Shown one piece after another: positions 24,680 through 37,302 of a stretch of 64,000 nt of DNA. The stretch comes from Isurus oxyrinchus. Its lineage: Eukaryota. The position numbers and the translations under genes are program-made. Under the pieces are notes generated by a model. It worked only from the letters and a program-made list of their open reading frames with translations, was not told where the DNA came from and searched no databases. Each line of letters opens with the position of its first letter. Positions within the stretch are counted from its first letter, which is position 1. The DNA is taken from contig JANJGN010000009.1 in NCBI GenBank assembly GCA_026770705.1, positions 124,682,001-124,746,000 of the forward strand. The letters run 5' to 3'.

Positions 24680-27437
24680 ATGCCTACCTCCTTGAAGAAG
24701 TTCTGTTCTTTTCTGCGACAAGATTTCCGTTCCTCTCTTTTGCCCTGCTCACCTTCCTTGCTTTCCATTTCCCTCCTGGTGTTTGACAAGGTGTTTACTA
24801 AAACCCGCTTTCACAGCCATATCTCCTTTCTCAGTGACTGTCACCGTCTCCGAATTACCCCACGTGGATTTCAACTGAAATTCCACCCCTCATGTTTCGA
24901 ACCCACCCAGGATTACAGGTATCTCCGGGACATAAAACGTTTCTCGTACTGCTGTTCCCGTCACATTCTGAAATCCACACTCAGTGCCATGCGCCGCCAT
25001 ATGAACACACTCGACTTCTCCCTCCAGCAGCACCGCCGTACTCTTTTTCAAAGCTGCGCGTGCCCCCAGTTTCATTTTATCCTTCGGCTCATCCGACGCC
25101 TCAACAAGAAACTTTTCCTCTTTCTCTCAAGTGCTAAGGAACGCAAGCTCCAACAACTCATCGACACCAACACTCATCTAGGACCCTCCACCCCTGCCTG
25201 TCCCGCCGTCCCCACCCTTTCTTCCAATCCCAACCCCAGCCGTGTATTCACTATACCCCCTGACCTTCCCCTCTCTGATGCTGAACGTTCAGTGCTCAGC
25301 AAAGGACTTAGTTTCATACCCTTACGCCCTCACCTCAATGAATTTCGGGCACGGCATGATGCTGAACTCTTCTTCCACCGTCTTCGTCTCCGGGCTCACT
25401 TCTTTGGGCAGGAGTCCTCTCCCAGTTCAACGGATCCTTTTACCCATCTCCAATATTCTCCCTCCACCTGGACCCCTCCCTCTGGATTCTTACCTTCTCT
25501 TGATCTTTTCATTGAGAACTGTCGGCGCGACATTAGTCGTCTCAATTTCTCTGCTCCTCTCACCCATTCTAACCTGTCTCTCTCTGAACTTACTGCACTC
25601 CATTCTCTCAGGTCCAACCCTGACATTGTCATCAAACCCGCTGACAAGGGTGGTGCTGTTGTTGTCTGGCGCACTGACCTCTACCTCGCGGAGGCTGAGC
25701 GTCAACTCGCAGACACTTCCTCCTACCTCTCCCTGGACCATGACCCCACCACTGAACATCAAGCCATTGTTTCCAGGACTGTCACTGACCTCATCTCCTC
25801 TGGGGATCTCCCTCCCACAGCTTCCAACCTGATAGTCGCCCAACCTCGGACGGCCCGTTTCTATCTCCTACCCAAAATCCACAAACAGAACTGCCCCGGT
25901 AGACCGATCGTCTCAGCTTGCTCCTGCCCCACAGAACTCATTTCTCGTTATCTTGACTCCCTTCTCTCTCCCCTTGTCCAGTCCCTTCCCACCTACATCC
26001 GTGATTCCTCTGACACTTTACGTCACATCAACAATTTCCAGTTCCCTGGCCCCAACCGCTTCCTCTTCGCCATGGACGTCCAATCCCTCTACACCTCCAT
26101 CCCCCACCAGGATGGTCTGAGGGCCCTTAGCTTCTTCCTCGAACAGAGGCCCGAACAATCCCCATCCACCACTACTCTCCTCCGTCTGGCTGAACTTGTT
26201 CTCACGCTGAACAATTTCTCCTTCAACTCCTCTCACTTCATCCAAATAAAAGGTGTGGCTATGGGTACCCGCATGGGTCCCAGCTATGCCTGTCTCTTTA
26301 TGGGGTATGTGGAACATTCCTTGTTCCAGTCCTACTCCAGCCCCCTTCCACAACTCTTTCTCCGGTACATCGATGATTACTTCGGTGCCGCTTCATGCTC
26401 TCGTCGGGACTTGGAAAAATGTATTAATTTTGCTTCCAATCTCCACCCCTCCATCATTTTCACGTGGTCCATCTCTGACACTTCCCTTCAACTTCCTTGA
26501 CCTCTCTGTCTCAATCTCTGGTGATAGACTGTCCACCAATATCCATTACAAATCCACTGACTCCCACAGCTATCTCGACTACAGCTCCTCACACCCCGAT
26601 TCCTGTAAGGACTCCATCCCATTCTCTCAGTTCCTTCGCCTCCGTCGCATCTGTTCCGATGATGCTACCTTCAAAAACAGTTCCTCTGACATGTCCTCCT
26701 TCTTCCTTAACCGAGGTTTTCCACCCACGGTCGTTGACAGGGCCCTCAACCGTGTCCGGCCCATCTCCCGCGCATCCGCCCTCACACCTTCTCCTCCTTC
26801 CCAGAAACATGATAGGGTCCCCCTTGTCCTCACTTATCACCCCACCAGCCTCCGCATTCAAAGGATCATCCTCCGCCATTTCCGCCAACTCCAGCATGAT
26901 GCCACCACCAAACACATCTTCCCTTCACCCCCCCTATCAGCATTCCGTAGGAATCGCTCCCTCCGGGACACCCTGGTCCACTCCTCCATCACCCCCTACT
27001 CCTCAACCCCCTCCTATGGCACCACCCCATGCCCACGCAAAAGATGCAACACCTGCCCCTTCACTTCCTCTCTCCTCACGGTCCATGGACCCAAACACTC
27101 CTTTCAAGTGAAGCAGCATTTCACTTGCACTTCCCCCAACTTAGTCTACTGCATTCGTTGCTCCCAATGTGGTCTCCTCTACATTGGTGAGACCAAACAT
27201 AAACTGGGCGACCGCTTTGCAGAACACCTGCGGTCTGTCCGCAAGAATGACCCAAACCTCCCTGTCGCTTGCCGTTTTAACACTCCACACTGCTCTCTTG
27301 CCCACATGTCTGTCCTTGGCTTGCTGCATTGTTCCAGTGAAGCCCAACGCAAACTGGAGGAACAACACCTCATCTTCCGACTAGGCACTTTACAGCCTTC
27401 CGGACTGAATATTGAATTCAACAACTTTAGGTCGTGA
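24680..27437 (+). CDS. Penelope-like RT and GIY-YIG endonuclease; single +1 frameshift near 26490
   Basis: IKPADKGGAVV, FYLLPKIHK..PGRPIVS, MDVQSLYTSIP, GVAMGTRMGPSYA, RYIDD, FLDL, Cys linker PCPRKRCNTC, VYCIRCSQCGLLYIGET..RFAEH..GLN. ORFs 24680-26500 and 26253-27437 join at ..TSL(P)FLDL. Confidence 0.93.
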
Positions 27438-27812
27438 GCTCCCTCCCCCATCCCCACCCCCTTTCTGTTTCCCCCTTCCTTTTTTTTCCAATAAATTATA
27501 AAGATTTTCCTTTTCCCACCTATTTCCATTATATAAAAAAAAACACCCCCACTAGAGCTATACCTTGAGTGCCCTACCATCCATTCTTAATTAGCACATT
27601 CGTTTAGATAATATCACCAACTTTAACTTTAACACCTATGTGTTCTTTTGTACCATTGTTGCTGACATCTTTTGATGATCTGCTTCTATCACTGCTTGTT
27701 TGTCCACACAACCACACACCCCCCTCCACCTCTCTCTCTCTCTCTCTCTCTGCCCCCAGCACACACACCTTAAACCAGCTTATATTTCAACTCTTTCTTG
27801 GACTTGAACTCA

Positions 27813-27851
27813 AGTTCTGTCGAAGGGTCATGAGGACTCGAAACGTCAACC
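27813..27851 (+). ncRNA. Minimal type I hammerhead ribozyme variant (3' pLTR)
   Basis: agtt-ctgtcga-a-gggtc-atgag-gactc-gaaa-c-gtc-aac. Confidence 0.7.
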
Positions 27852-29714
27852 CTTTTCTTCTCCGCCAATGCTGCCAGACCTGCTGAGTTTTTCCAGGTAA
27901 TTCTGTTTTTGTTTTTGTTTTGGATTTCCAGCATCCGCAGTTTTTTTGTTTTTATCTCTGTGAGATTGGCTACCTCTGTTCAATGGAACAGTTGACTCTG
28001 GGACTTCTGATTCTTTAAGGTTGGGCAGTGTAGTTGTCAACTAAAACATTAGCAGTAATGGGGTCTTAAAATATAGAATTGGTGTCTGATACACAACTCA
28101 ATGCAGCCTTCTGCTTTGTCATGAGGACTTTGCTCTTCGCACCCAAAGCAAGAGGACAAACTGGAGAAACAAGTCGCTAGAAAGCATTTTGTTAGAAAAA
28201 ATTGTACTGGGACAAGATCAACAGGAAGAAGTGAAGGGCAAAAAAAACCCACAGTGAGAACACTGCTTTGCTCCAGCTTCCCCAACAACGAGCAAAGCAG
28301 TGCATTGAATCAGGTGCAGTGAGGCAATAAGGATCAGATAAGACTAAATCGGAAATTCAAGCTGTTGCCTCCAGACCAGTCACTCCGATGTCAAGTATAT
28401 GGAGTCCCGGAGCTGCCTGTCAATGCAGCTCATGTTCACTGGTTGGCTGGGTCTTGTCAGGTCTCCAGCAAGTGATGGGGGGAGAAGCAAGCGAAGGATG
28501 CTGTCAGAACCAGACTCATCTCACTTGTATTATAATTCTGTCAACTTGCTGAAGATCTTTGATCTTGGTGCTGAAATCTCAAGCCAAAAGCATTCAATCC
28601 TGCTAGCTGTATGGGCTATTCATTGGAGGTGGTGGGGGGGCGGGGGGAGAGCAAAAATGGGAAACCATTGAATTTGGCTACAAATCCTTATTCGTAACAC
28701 TAACCAACTTCTCAATTTGTGCTAAATATATTTCTGGAAATGCACACAATTAAAACATTAATTCACAGGCAGGAGGAGCACGTGGGGCTGGGGATTAAAT
28801 CTGGCAAAAATGTGAATGGATGAGGAAACCGATTCCAAACCACTATATCACTCCAGTGCGTTCAGGTGTGTGTGAGCAACCCCGAGGAAAGGCTTCTGTT
28901 CAATTGACTTATGTTAATCAGTCAGTTAGAACCTGCTGCAAGGATGCACCTCGCCTCTCTCCTGTGGAATTGCAGACCTGATACTGCTGTTGGTCACATT
29001 GATCCACATCTAAGGTCCAATCAGTGTCCGTGGCACTCATGAATCGATTGACTGATGCTCCAAAGTGGAAATCAGAACTCCAATATGAACTTGAGATGCC
29101 CAACATGTGTCAAGTAACCTTGTAGCGTAAATACTGTTAACAAGGCTTTTCATGCGAGCAGGTAACAAAGCAGCAATGAATGCTGTCCATGTATTGGCAT
29201 TTCTTTCCTGCTGTGGCCTCAGTCCCTCAATTCACACCATGTTCTCACCAGCGAGTTCCAGGAAACCTGTGAACCCACAGTTAATGTACAAAATCCATGT
29301 CTCATGTACTTGTTGGCCATCGCCTGTGAAATTCTGCAAATGTCTGGGAAAAAGCCCTGGAAGAATCAGAGGCAAAGAAATGAGGGTTGTGGTGACTTTG
29401 ACAGACATTGTGATCCCCAGGTCAACATGGCAGCAGCTCTTGTTCCAGAGGCTGCAAATGTCTCCACCACCTAGGAGGCCAGATCACAAATTTAAAAAAA
29501 TATCCTGCACACAGGCAGAGGATAAGTTTCCTTGACATGTCAGAGCACCAGTGACTCAGGATGCTCAGAGTGTCATGTCATGTCACACCTCCTTGACCAA
29601 TCGGGTAGGAAGGGTAGGATGATGTCGCCATTTTGTCAGAGGGAGGATTTCTAATTAAAGGGACCATGCTATGTTTCAGAGAAGATCACCAGGACAGTTT
29701 TACGCTGCCGGAAT

Positions 29715-29985
29715 GGTGAGGAGGCCTAGGAAGGCTGACCCCCATGTCTCTGACTCTTACCTGGAGGTACAGCTGAGAGAGATGAGGGGCTGCAGTGAGG
29801 TGAGCTCTCACAAGGGATGGAGGATGTGCACAGCTTCTTCAACCAAACAGTTGTGGATAGAAGTGGAAGTGGCCGAAGAAGTGAGCAGCAGCAGTATGCC
29901 ACTGCTTTTGCCTGCTCCCTCCCCCAACCTGAAGACAGTGAACTAGGAGGATCCAGGACATCAGGAGGGCTTGTCAGGTGAGTGC
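29715..29985 (+). pseudogene. Highly decayed Harbinger Myb/SANT exon
   Basis: RKADPHVSDSYLEVQLREMR..TKQLWIEV..AEEVSS followed by a cag|gtgagt donor; element ends not resolved. Confidence 0.5.
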
Positions 29986-32043
29986 GCAACTATGTCAGGT
30001 GTCAATGCTCCACACTATGACTTGCCCAGTATTCTTCTGCACAGCACTCATCATGGCTACACATTACGGCTCCACTCATTCCTCTCTCTACAAGCACCTC
30101 AGATATCCCTTTGGGCTGCCTACCCTCACACTCACCCAACTATCTTCTTGCACCCCTGCCTCACAGGCAGCATACACAAATATTGCCCTTCACCCCTCCC
30201 CCCCACTGAACACAAACCGTTTCTAACAGTCCCACCTTCCTGCTTTCTATCCTTGTAGGAAAAGAAACTTGGTGAGAGTCAGGGATGCAGGGTTTTGGGG
30301 GCAGGGCTGGTCACTTACAGTGAAAGACAACTATTTGGGCACTGACAATGGGGGCTGCCTGGCTCCACCATGAATGTGATCTGGCATTACGAGGATGCAG
30401 AAATCAGCAGTGACCTGCTGTGACAGCCTGAGGTTCAGGTGCTCGCACACTTCGGGATAGCTGGCCCACTGTCATTAGACCTTCTGGGGGTCTTCCATCT
30501 GCATCTTGGTGCCCATTCCCTCTGCCCAGTGGAGGGGCATGTGGCTGTGTAGAAGCTGGAGTTGCTGTAGGTGGTGCTCCAGCAGCAGTTGGATGATGTT
30601 TGCAGTGGGCCCTGCCTTAGACCTTCACCCACCAAGCAGTGGTAGTGCTTTCTGGCAGAATCAGTGCTATGCAAGGTAGCCACCAAGTCTAGCCAGTTCT
30701 GTATCTGTTCAGTGCAACTGATCAAAGCTTTCAACTGCTTATCAGTTTCATGGAGGTGGTCCCTCCCACTGTACTCTCACCTCCTCACTACCAGATTGTG
30801 AAAACGTCATGAGATTGCTCCCCTATTGGTAAAGAGGGATTCATTGGGACAATCCTTATTTGCCTCCTTAACAGGTTCAATTGGTTTCCTGCTGCTGGGA
30901 AAAGCTGGAGGAGGCAGGAACATGTTGGGATACCCGTCCATCAGCATTTTTAACTTTCTTCATCTCCATGGGCCTAGACACTACCCCCAAATAATAAGAT
31001 TGCATTTTAAGTGATAATTACAATGCTTTATACTATACAGCAGAAAATTGGCCATGTGGTCATGCAACACAGCAAGCAGCAGGCTAACAGCATAAGCAAC
31101 AATAGATACTCAGAAAGACAGGCTATAGTAATGAATTGGTCCATTCAATACATTTAACATTGTCAAGGTTACACTGGCAATTTTGCTATGTACAACAGAC
31201 ATGTTCAGATGCTTATGTGTGCTGAAATTGTGAGTGTGCACTGATATGACCCACTCTAATTAAATACTTTCCATATTGCCAGTACCACTGAAATAACGCT
31301 AAACTGATCAGACTTGTTTATTTAATTTTTAACACCATTTCAATTTGGTATGTTGTAAAGGGAGTTTATGCTGGTGTGGGATTGATTTTCTACCTGCCAA
31401 GTTCCTGATCTGGGACGTGCAGTTTGGGGAGGGCAAGCAGTGAGGTTATGGCATTGGCTAGGTGATGAGGGCATGGGGAGATGTTCGAGAGGATACTGAA
31501 CTTGATCGGTGCCGTTGCGATATCCAGGAGGGATGACCATTGATAGAGGCCTCAGCTCCTATCGTGCTGTTAGGTAGGAGGAGCAATGACAGTCAGTGGA
31601 GGGGAGGGTTGTGCAGTTAGAGGACTGATAGCATAATGAAAGAAGTGCAGCTGAATGACTGAGCTGCTCTCATACTTTTCTAACACCTGCCTGCCTGCAT
31701 TCTATCTTGCATTAATTTCCACTCGAATATCAACCTCCTCATTTACAAATCACCCCACAGCCCCATTCCTGCAACCTTATGTGTTGGCACAATCCCTCTG
31801 CTCTCAGGTTGGCCTCCTCCCTGCTTCTCTCCATCCTTGGTGTCACAGCTTTCAGCCTTTATGCCCCTTCACATTCTCTAAACTCCTCGGACTTGTTCCT
31901 GCAGATCCACCTTCGAACTGACCTCTTCAGCCATGTCTTCAGTCATCACCCCAACTCCTTCCTAGTATGTTTTTGTTTCCAGGATGGCCAAGGTACTAAA
32001 TAATTAATTGTTGATTGCATATCGGTAGAGGCCAAAGAATCAC

Positions 32044-35000
32044 TTTTTTATTCATCCACGGGATATGGACTTCGCTGGCCAGGCCAGCATTTATTGCCCA
32101 TCCCTAGTTGCCCTTGAGAAGGTGGTGGTGAGCTGCCTTCTTAAACCACTGCAGTCCATGTGGTGTAGGTACACCCACAGTGCTGTTAGTAAGGGAGTTC
32201 CAGGATTGTGATTCAGTGACAGTGACGGAACGGTGATATATTTCCAAGTCAAGATGGTGAGTGACTTGAAGAGGAATTTCCAGGTGGTGGCGTTCCCATT
32301 TATCTGCTGCCCTTGTCTTCTAGGTGGTAGTGGTCGTGGATGTGGAAGGTGCTGTCTAAGGAGCTTTGGTGAATTCCTGCAGTGCATCTTGTAGATGGTA
32401 CACACTGCTGCTATTGTGCGTTGGTGGTGGAGGGAGTGAATGTTTGTGGATGTGATGCCTGTCCACCAGACTGCTTTGTCCTGGACAGTGTCCAGTTTCT
32501 TCAGTGTTGTAGGAGCTGCATTCATCCAGGCAAGTGGGGAGTATTCCATCATGTTCCTGACTTGTGCCTTGTAGATGGTGGACAGGCTTTGGGGAGTCAT
32601 GAGGCGAGTTACTCGTCACAGGAATCCTAGCCTCTGACCAGCTCTTGTAGCCACGGTGTTGATATGACTAGTCCAGTTCAGTTTCTGGTCAATGGTAACC
32701 CCCAGGATGTTGATAGTGGGGGATTCAGTGATGGTAATGCCATTGAACATCAAGGGTCAACATTCCCTTGTTGGAAATGGTCAATGCCTGACACTTGTGT
32801 GGTGTGAATGTTACTTGCTACTTGTCAGCCCAAGCCTGGATATTGTCCAGGTCTTGCTGAATTTGGACATGGACTGCTTTGGTATCTGAGAAGTTGCGAA
32901 TGGTGCTGAACATTGTGCAATCATCAGTGAACATCCCCGCTTCTGACCTTATGATGGAAGGAAGGTCATTGATAAAGCAGCTGAAGATGGTTGGGCCTAG
33001 GACACTACCCTGAGGAACTCCTGCAGTGATGTCCTGGAGCTGAGGTGACTGACCTCCAACAACCATAACCATCTTCCTTTGCGCTAGGTATGACTCCAAC
33101 CAATGGAGAGTTTTCCCACTGATTCCCATTGACTCGAGTTTTGCTAGGGCTCCTTGATGCCACACTTGGTCAAATGCTGCCTTAATGTCAAGGGCAGTCA
33201 CTCTTACCTCACCTTGGGAGTTCGGCTCTTTTGTCCATGTTTGAACCAAGGCTGTAACAAGGTCAGGAGTTGAGTGGCCCTGGCGGAACCCAAACTGGGC
33301 ATCAGTGAGCAGGCTAAGCAAGTGCCATTTGATAGCACTGTTGATGACCCCTTCCATTACTCTACTGATTATGGAGAGTAGGCTGATGGGATGGTAATTG
33401 GCCGGGTTGGATTTGTCCTGCTTTTTGTGTACAGGACATACCTAGGAAATTTTCCACATAGCCGAGTAGATGCCAGTGTTGTAGCTGTACTGGAACAGCT
33501 TGGCTAGGGATGTGGCAAGTTCTGAAGGACAAGTCTTCAGTACTATTACCAGAATGTTGTCAGGCCCCATGGTCTTTGCAGTATCCAGTGCCATCAGCTT
33601 TATCTTGATATCATGTGGAGTGAATCGAATTGGCTGAAGACTGGCATCTGTGAGGCTGGGGACCTCCGGAGGATGCCGAGATGGATCATCCACTCGGCAT
33701 TTCTGGCTGAAGATTGTTGCGAATGCTTCAATCTTATCTTTTGGACTGATGTACTGGGTCCCCCTATCATTGAGGATGGGGATATTAGTGGAGCCACCTC
33801 CTCCAGTGGTTGTTTAATTGTCCACACCATTCACGACTGGATAGGGCAGGACTGCAGAGCTTAGATCTGATCCGATGGTAGTGGGACTGCTTAGCTCTAT
33901 CACTTGTTGCTTATGATGTTTGGCACACAAGTAGTCCTGTTTTATAGCTTCACCAGGTTGACACCTCATTTTTAGGTATGCCTGGTGTTGCCCCTGGCAT
34001 GCCCTCCTGCATTCTTCATTGAACCAGAGTTGATCCCCTGGCTTGATGGTAATGGTGGATTGGGGGATATGCCGGTCCATGAGGTTACAGATTGTGTTGG
34101 AGTACAGTTCTGCTGCTGCTGTTGTCCCACAGTGCCTCATGAATGGCTAGTCTTGAGTTGCTGGATCTGTTCAAAATCCATCCCATTTAGCACGATGGTA
34201 GTGCCACACAACATGATGGAGGGTATCCTCAATGTGAAGGCGGGACTTCATCTCCATAATGACCGTGTGGTGGTCACTCCTACCGATACTGTCATGGATA
34301 GATGCATCTGCAGCAGGCAGGTTGGTGAGGATGAGGTCAAGTATGTTTTTCCCTCTTGTTGGTTCCCTCACCACCTGCTGCAGACCCAGTCTAACAGCTC
34401 TGTCATTTAGGACTCAGCCATCTCAGTCAGCAGTGGTGCTACTGAGTCACTCTTGGTGATGGACATTGAAGCCCCCACCCAGAGTACATTCTGTGCCCAT
34501 TCCACCCTCAGTGCTTCCTCCAAGTGGTGTTCAACATGGAGGAGCACTGATTCATCAGCTGAGGGAGGGTGGTACTTGGTAATCAGCAGGAGGTTTCCTT
34601 GCCCATGTTTGACCTGATGCCACAAGACTTCATGGGGTCCAAAGCCGATGTTGAGGATTCCCCAGGCAACTCCCCACTGACTGTGACTGTGCCACCACTT
34701 CTGCTGGGTCTGTCCTGCCAGTGGGACAGGACATACCCTGGGATGGTGATGGCGGTGTCTGGGACATTACCTGTAAGGTATGATTCCATGAGGATAACTA
34801 TATCAGACTGTTGCTTGACTAGTCTGTGAGGCAGCTGTCCCAATTTTGGCACTAGCCCCCAGATGTTAGTAAGAAGGACTTTGCAGGATCGACAGGGTTG
34901 TGATTGCCATTGTTGTTTCCAGTGCCTAGGTCGATGCCGGGTGATCTGTCCGGTTTCATTCCTTTTTTGTGACTTTGTAGCGGTTTTTTACAACTGAGTG

Positions 35001-35302
35001 ACTTGCTAGGCCATTTCAAAGGGCATACAAGAGTCAACCACATTGCTGAGAGTCTGGAGTCACATGTCGGACAGACGAGGTCAGGTAATGACAGATTTCC
35101 TTCCCTAAATGACATTAGTGAACCAGATGGGTTTTTACAACAATTGACAATGGTTTCATGATCATCATTGAACTTTTAATTCCTGATTTTTATTGAATTC
35201 AAATTCCACCATCTGCCATGGTGGGATTCAAACCCAAGTTCCCAGAGCATTACCCTGGGTCTCTGGATTACTAGTCCACTACCACTACGCCATAGTCTCC
35301 CC
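32044..35302 (-). mobile_element. Apparently full-length (about 3.26 kb), ORF1-less CR1/Zenon-like LINE with a tRNA-derived 5' head; ORF decayed
   Basis: 5' ggggagacta-tggcgtagtgg (A box)..ggtttgaatcc (B box); EN motifs NIWGLVPKLG..DIVILMESYL, PTRGKNILDLIL, SDH; RT motifs QFGFR, ALDIKAAFD, GVPQGSVLGP, FTDD; family 3' tail. Confidence 0.88.
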
Positions 35303-35940
35303 TTTACACCCACTTGCCACATGGCTGAGGTTTAGTGCAAGTTGTATATATTTGTATGCATTAAGTCTCTTTCACATGAAAAGTAAATGACACAAATGCC
35401 GTAAATTCCAGCCTATTGTTTACTGAAACTATTTCCTAAGGGGTTGGCGTTATTTGGATAAACCATGCGTTAGATAATAGAATGCTAGTAGCCAAAGGGT
35501 TAAACTAACTGGAGAATGCTGCTAAGGTTTGGACTGCTTGTCTATTCCAATGGCTGTAGGAGTTCTATCTCAAACTAGTCCCTAGTCAGCATGGGTCTGC
35601 AGCCCTAAACTAGCCAGATTAGTACCTTCAATCAGACACCACAGGATAGCTGCTATAGCAAATGGAAATGATGCCAGCAGACTTTGCCTTTCAAAGTCAG
35701 GCCTGAGACACGTCATTAGTGCAGAGTAAAGGTTGTACGATCTTTGAATTGGGAGTAGTAGTTGCTGGGTGTGTGAAATTAAAAGAATTCCATCTTCGTG
35801 ATGAGCTGATAAAGAAACCCCCCAAAAAGATGAATGTCTAAAGAAAAAATCGTTCAGCAAGATTTATTTGTAAAATGTTTTCAATGAAGATCTTTTTGAA
35901 GAGTCAATGGATAATCACAGAACTTGATGTGGTACTCAGC

Positions 35941-36262
35941 AATACAGACCGGGAATGGCCGAGGTTCCATACAGACCGGGAATGGCCGTGGTTCCATACA
36001 GACCGGGAATGGCTGTGGTTACACATGGACTGGGAATGGTCATGATTCCATACGGACTGGGAATGGCCCTGGTTCCATACAGATTGGGAATGGCCTGGTT
36101 CCTCACAGACCGGGAATGGCCCTGGTTCCATACAGATCGGGAATGGCCCTGGTTCCATACAGATCGGGAATGGCCGTGGTACTATACGGACCGGGAATGG
36201 CCCTGGTTCCACGTGGGCCGGGAATAGCCCTGGTTCCACGTGGGCTGGGAATGGCCCTGGTT
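35941..36262. repeat. 27-bp minisatellite (cgggaatggccctggttccatacagat), about 12 units
   Basis: Directly visible tandem units; 9-aa periodicity in the ORF track. Confidence 0.95.
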
Positions 36263-37008
36263 CTGTCTCCACATTTTGTAGTGTTGACTGAATTTTGTCA
36301 GGGGGCAGTGAGGTTCCACTCTTGGCCACAATGTTGCTGGAGTAGAGAGATGAAGAAAATAGCTTGGATTCCTGTTCCTGATTATTATCCAAGGAATTTT
36401 GCTGGAATGATATGACTGTGAACGCAAGGACAAGAAAGGTGCAGTTGTGACACCCTTTACACATATTAACCAGGCTCAAACACTAATATTGATGGGCTGG
36501 TAAAGAACCAATAGTGGCCTTGAGCATGAGCTGCAATCTTCAGTGTGAGGGGTGTCTGCCGGTATCAATGGTTAACGTATACATTGTGCATCTTAGCCAA
36601 CATTCCCAGTTATCTCTGTTTCAAGTAATTAAAGCTTGGAAATTGTTGCTGTTGGGGTGATTGACTAACATATAGGAAAAGCCTTGTGTTACCATCCATT
36701 ATCCAAGGTAGCAAGGCTGGGTTTGAACAGAAAATGGGCTCTTCTGATTTGGGCTTTAGCAACTTTTTTTGAAAATTGTATCATCAATTTAGTTGAACAA
36801 ATTGCCTCATTATCCAAATATTGGAAGGGTGGACAAGACACAAATTTTAATTATCTTTTGAGGCAGATCTAGTGGCTCACAATTGCAAATAAATTGCTGT
36901 GTAAACAAGGATCTCGGTGTTTGCTAAGAACCAAGTTTACTTACAAGGTAGGAAATATAAGGGATGTGCTCTTTAAAATAGCAGGCCTGTTATTCACTGT
37001 ATGTCATG

Positions 37009-37302
37009 TCAGCAAGATTTATTTGTAAAATGTTTTCTATGAAGATCTTTTTGAAGAGTCAATGGATAATCACAGAACTTGATGTGGTACTCAGCAATAC
37101 AGACCGGGAATGGCCATGGTTACACATGGACTGGGAATGGTCATGATTCCATATGGACCGGGAATGGCCCTGGTTGCATACAGATTGGGAATGGCCCTGG
37201 TTCCTCATGAACCAGGAATGGCCCTGGTTCCATACAGATCGGGAATGGCCCTGGTTCCACGTGGGCTGGGAATGGCCCTGGTTCCACGTGGGTTGGGAAT
37301 GG
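37009..37302. repeat. Duplicate of 35854-36262, with a shorter array (about 7-8 units) of the 27-bp minisatellite
   Basis: tcagcaagatttatttgtaaaatgtttt..gatgtggtactcagcaatacagaccgggaatggcc is almost identical at both sites. Confidence 0.93.

Larger units (their letters stand above)
23958..27960 (+). mobile_element. Young Penelope-like retroelement (Neptune-type): inverted partial pLTR, pLTR, ORF, pLTR
   Basis: TSD tgagattggcta at 23946-23957 and 27961-27972; 23958-24178 is an inverted copy of about 24386-24606; 24179-24650 is directly repeated at about 27490-27960. Confidence 0.95.

Noticed and set aside
26480-26500. Programmed frameshift in the Penelope ORF
   Set aside because: It falls inside the conserved (L)PFLD motif, and PLE ORFs are normally continuous; a single-base insertion or assembly error is more likely.
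28560-35414. A large Harbinger ending at gtaaattccagcct|att (35401-35417) and enclosing the LINE
   Set aside because: A TIR-like right end and a Myb remnant exist, but I could not identify a convincing left TIR or TSD.
35904-36479. Single-exon ORFs across the 27-bp repeat
   Set aside because: Open frames on both strands follow from a stop-free 27-mer; kept only as a speculative spliced transcript.
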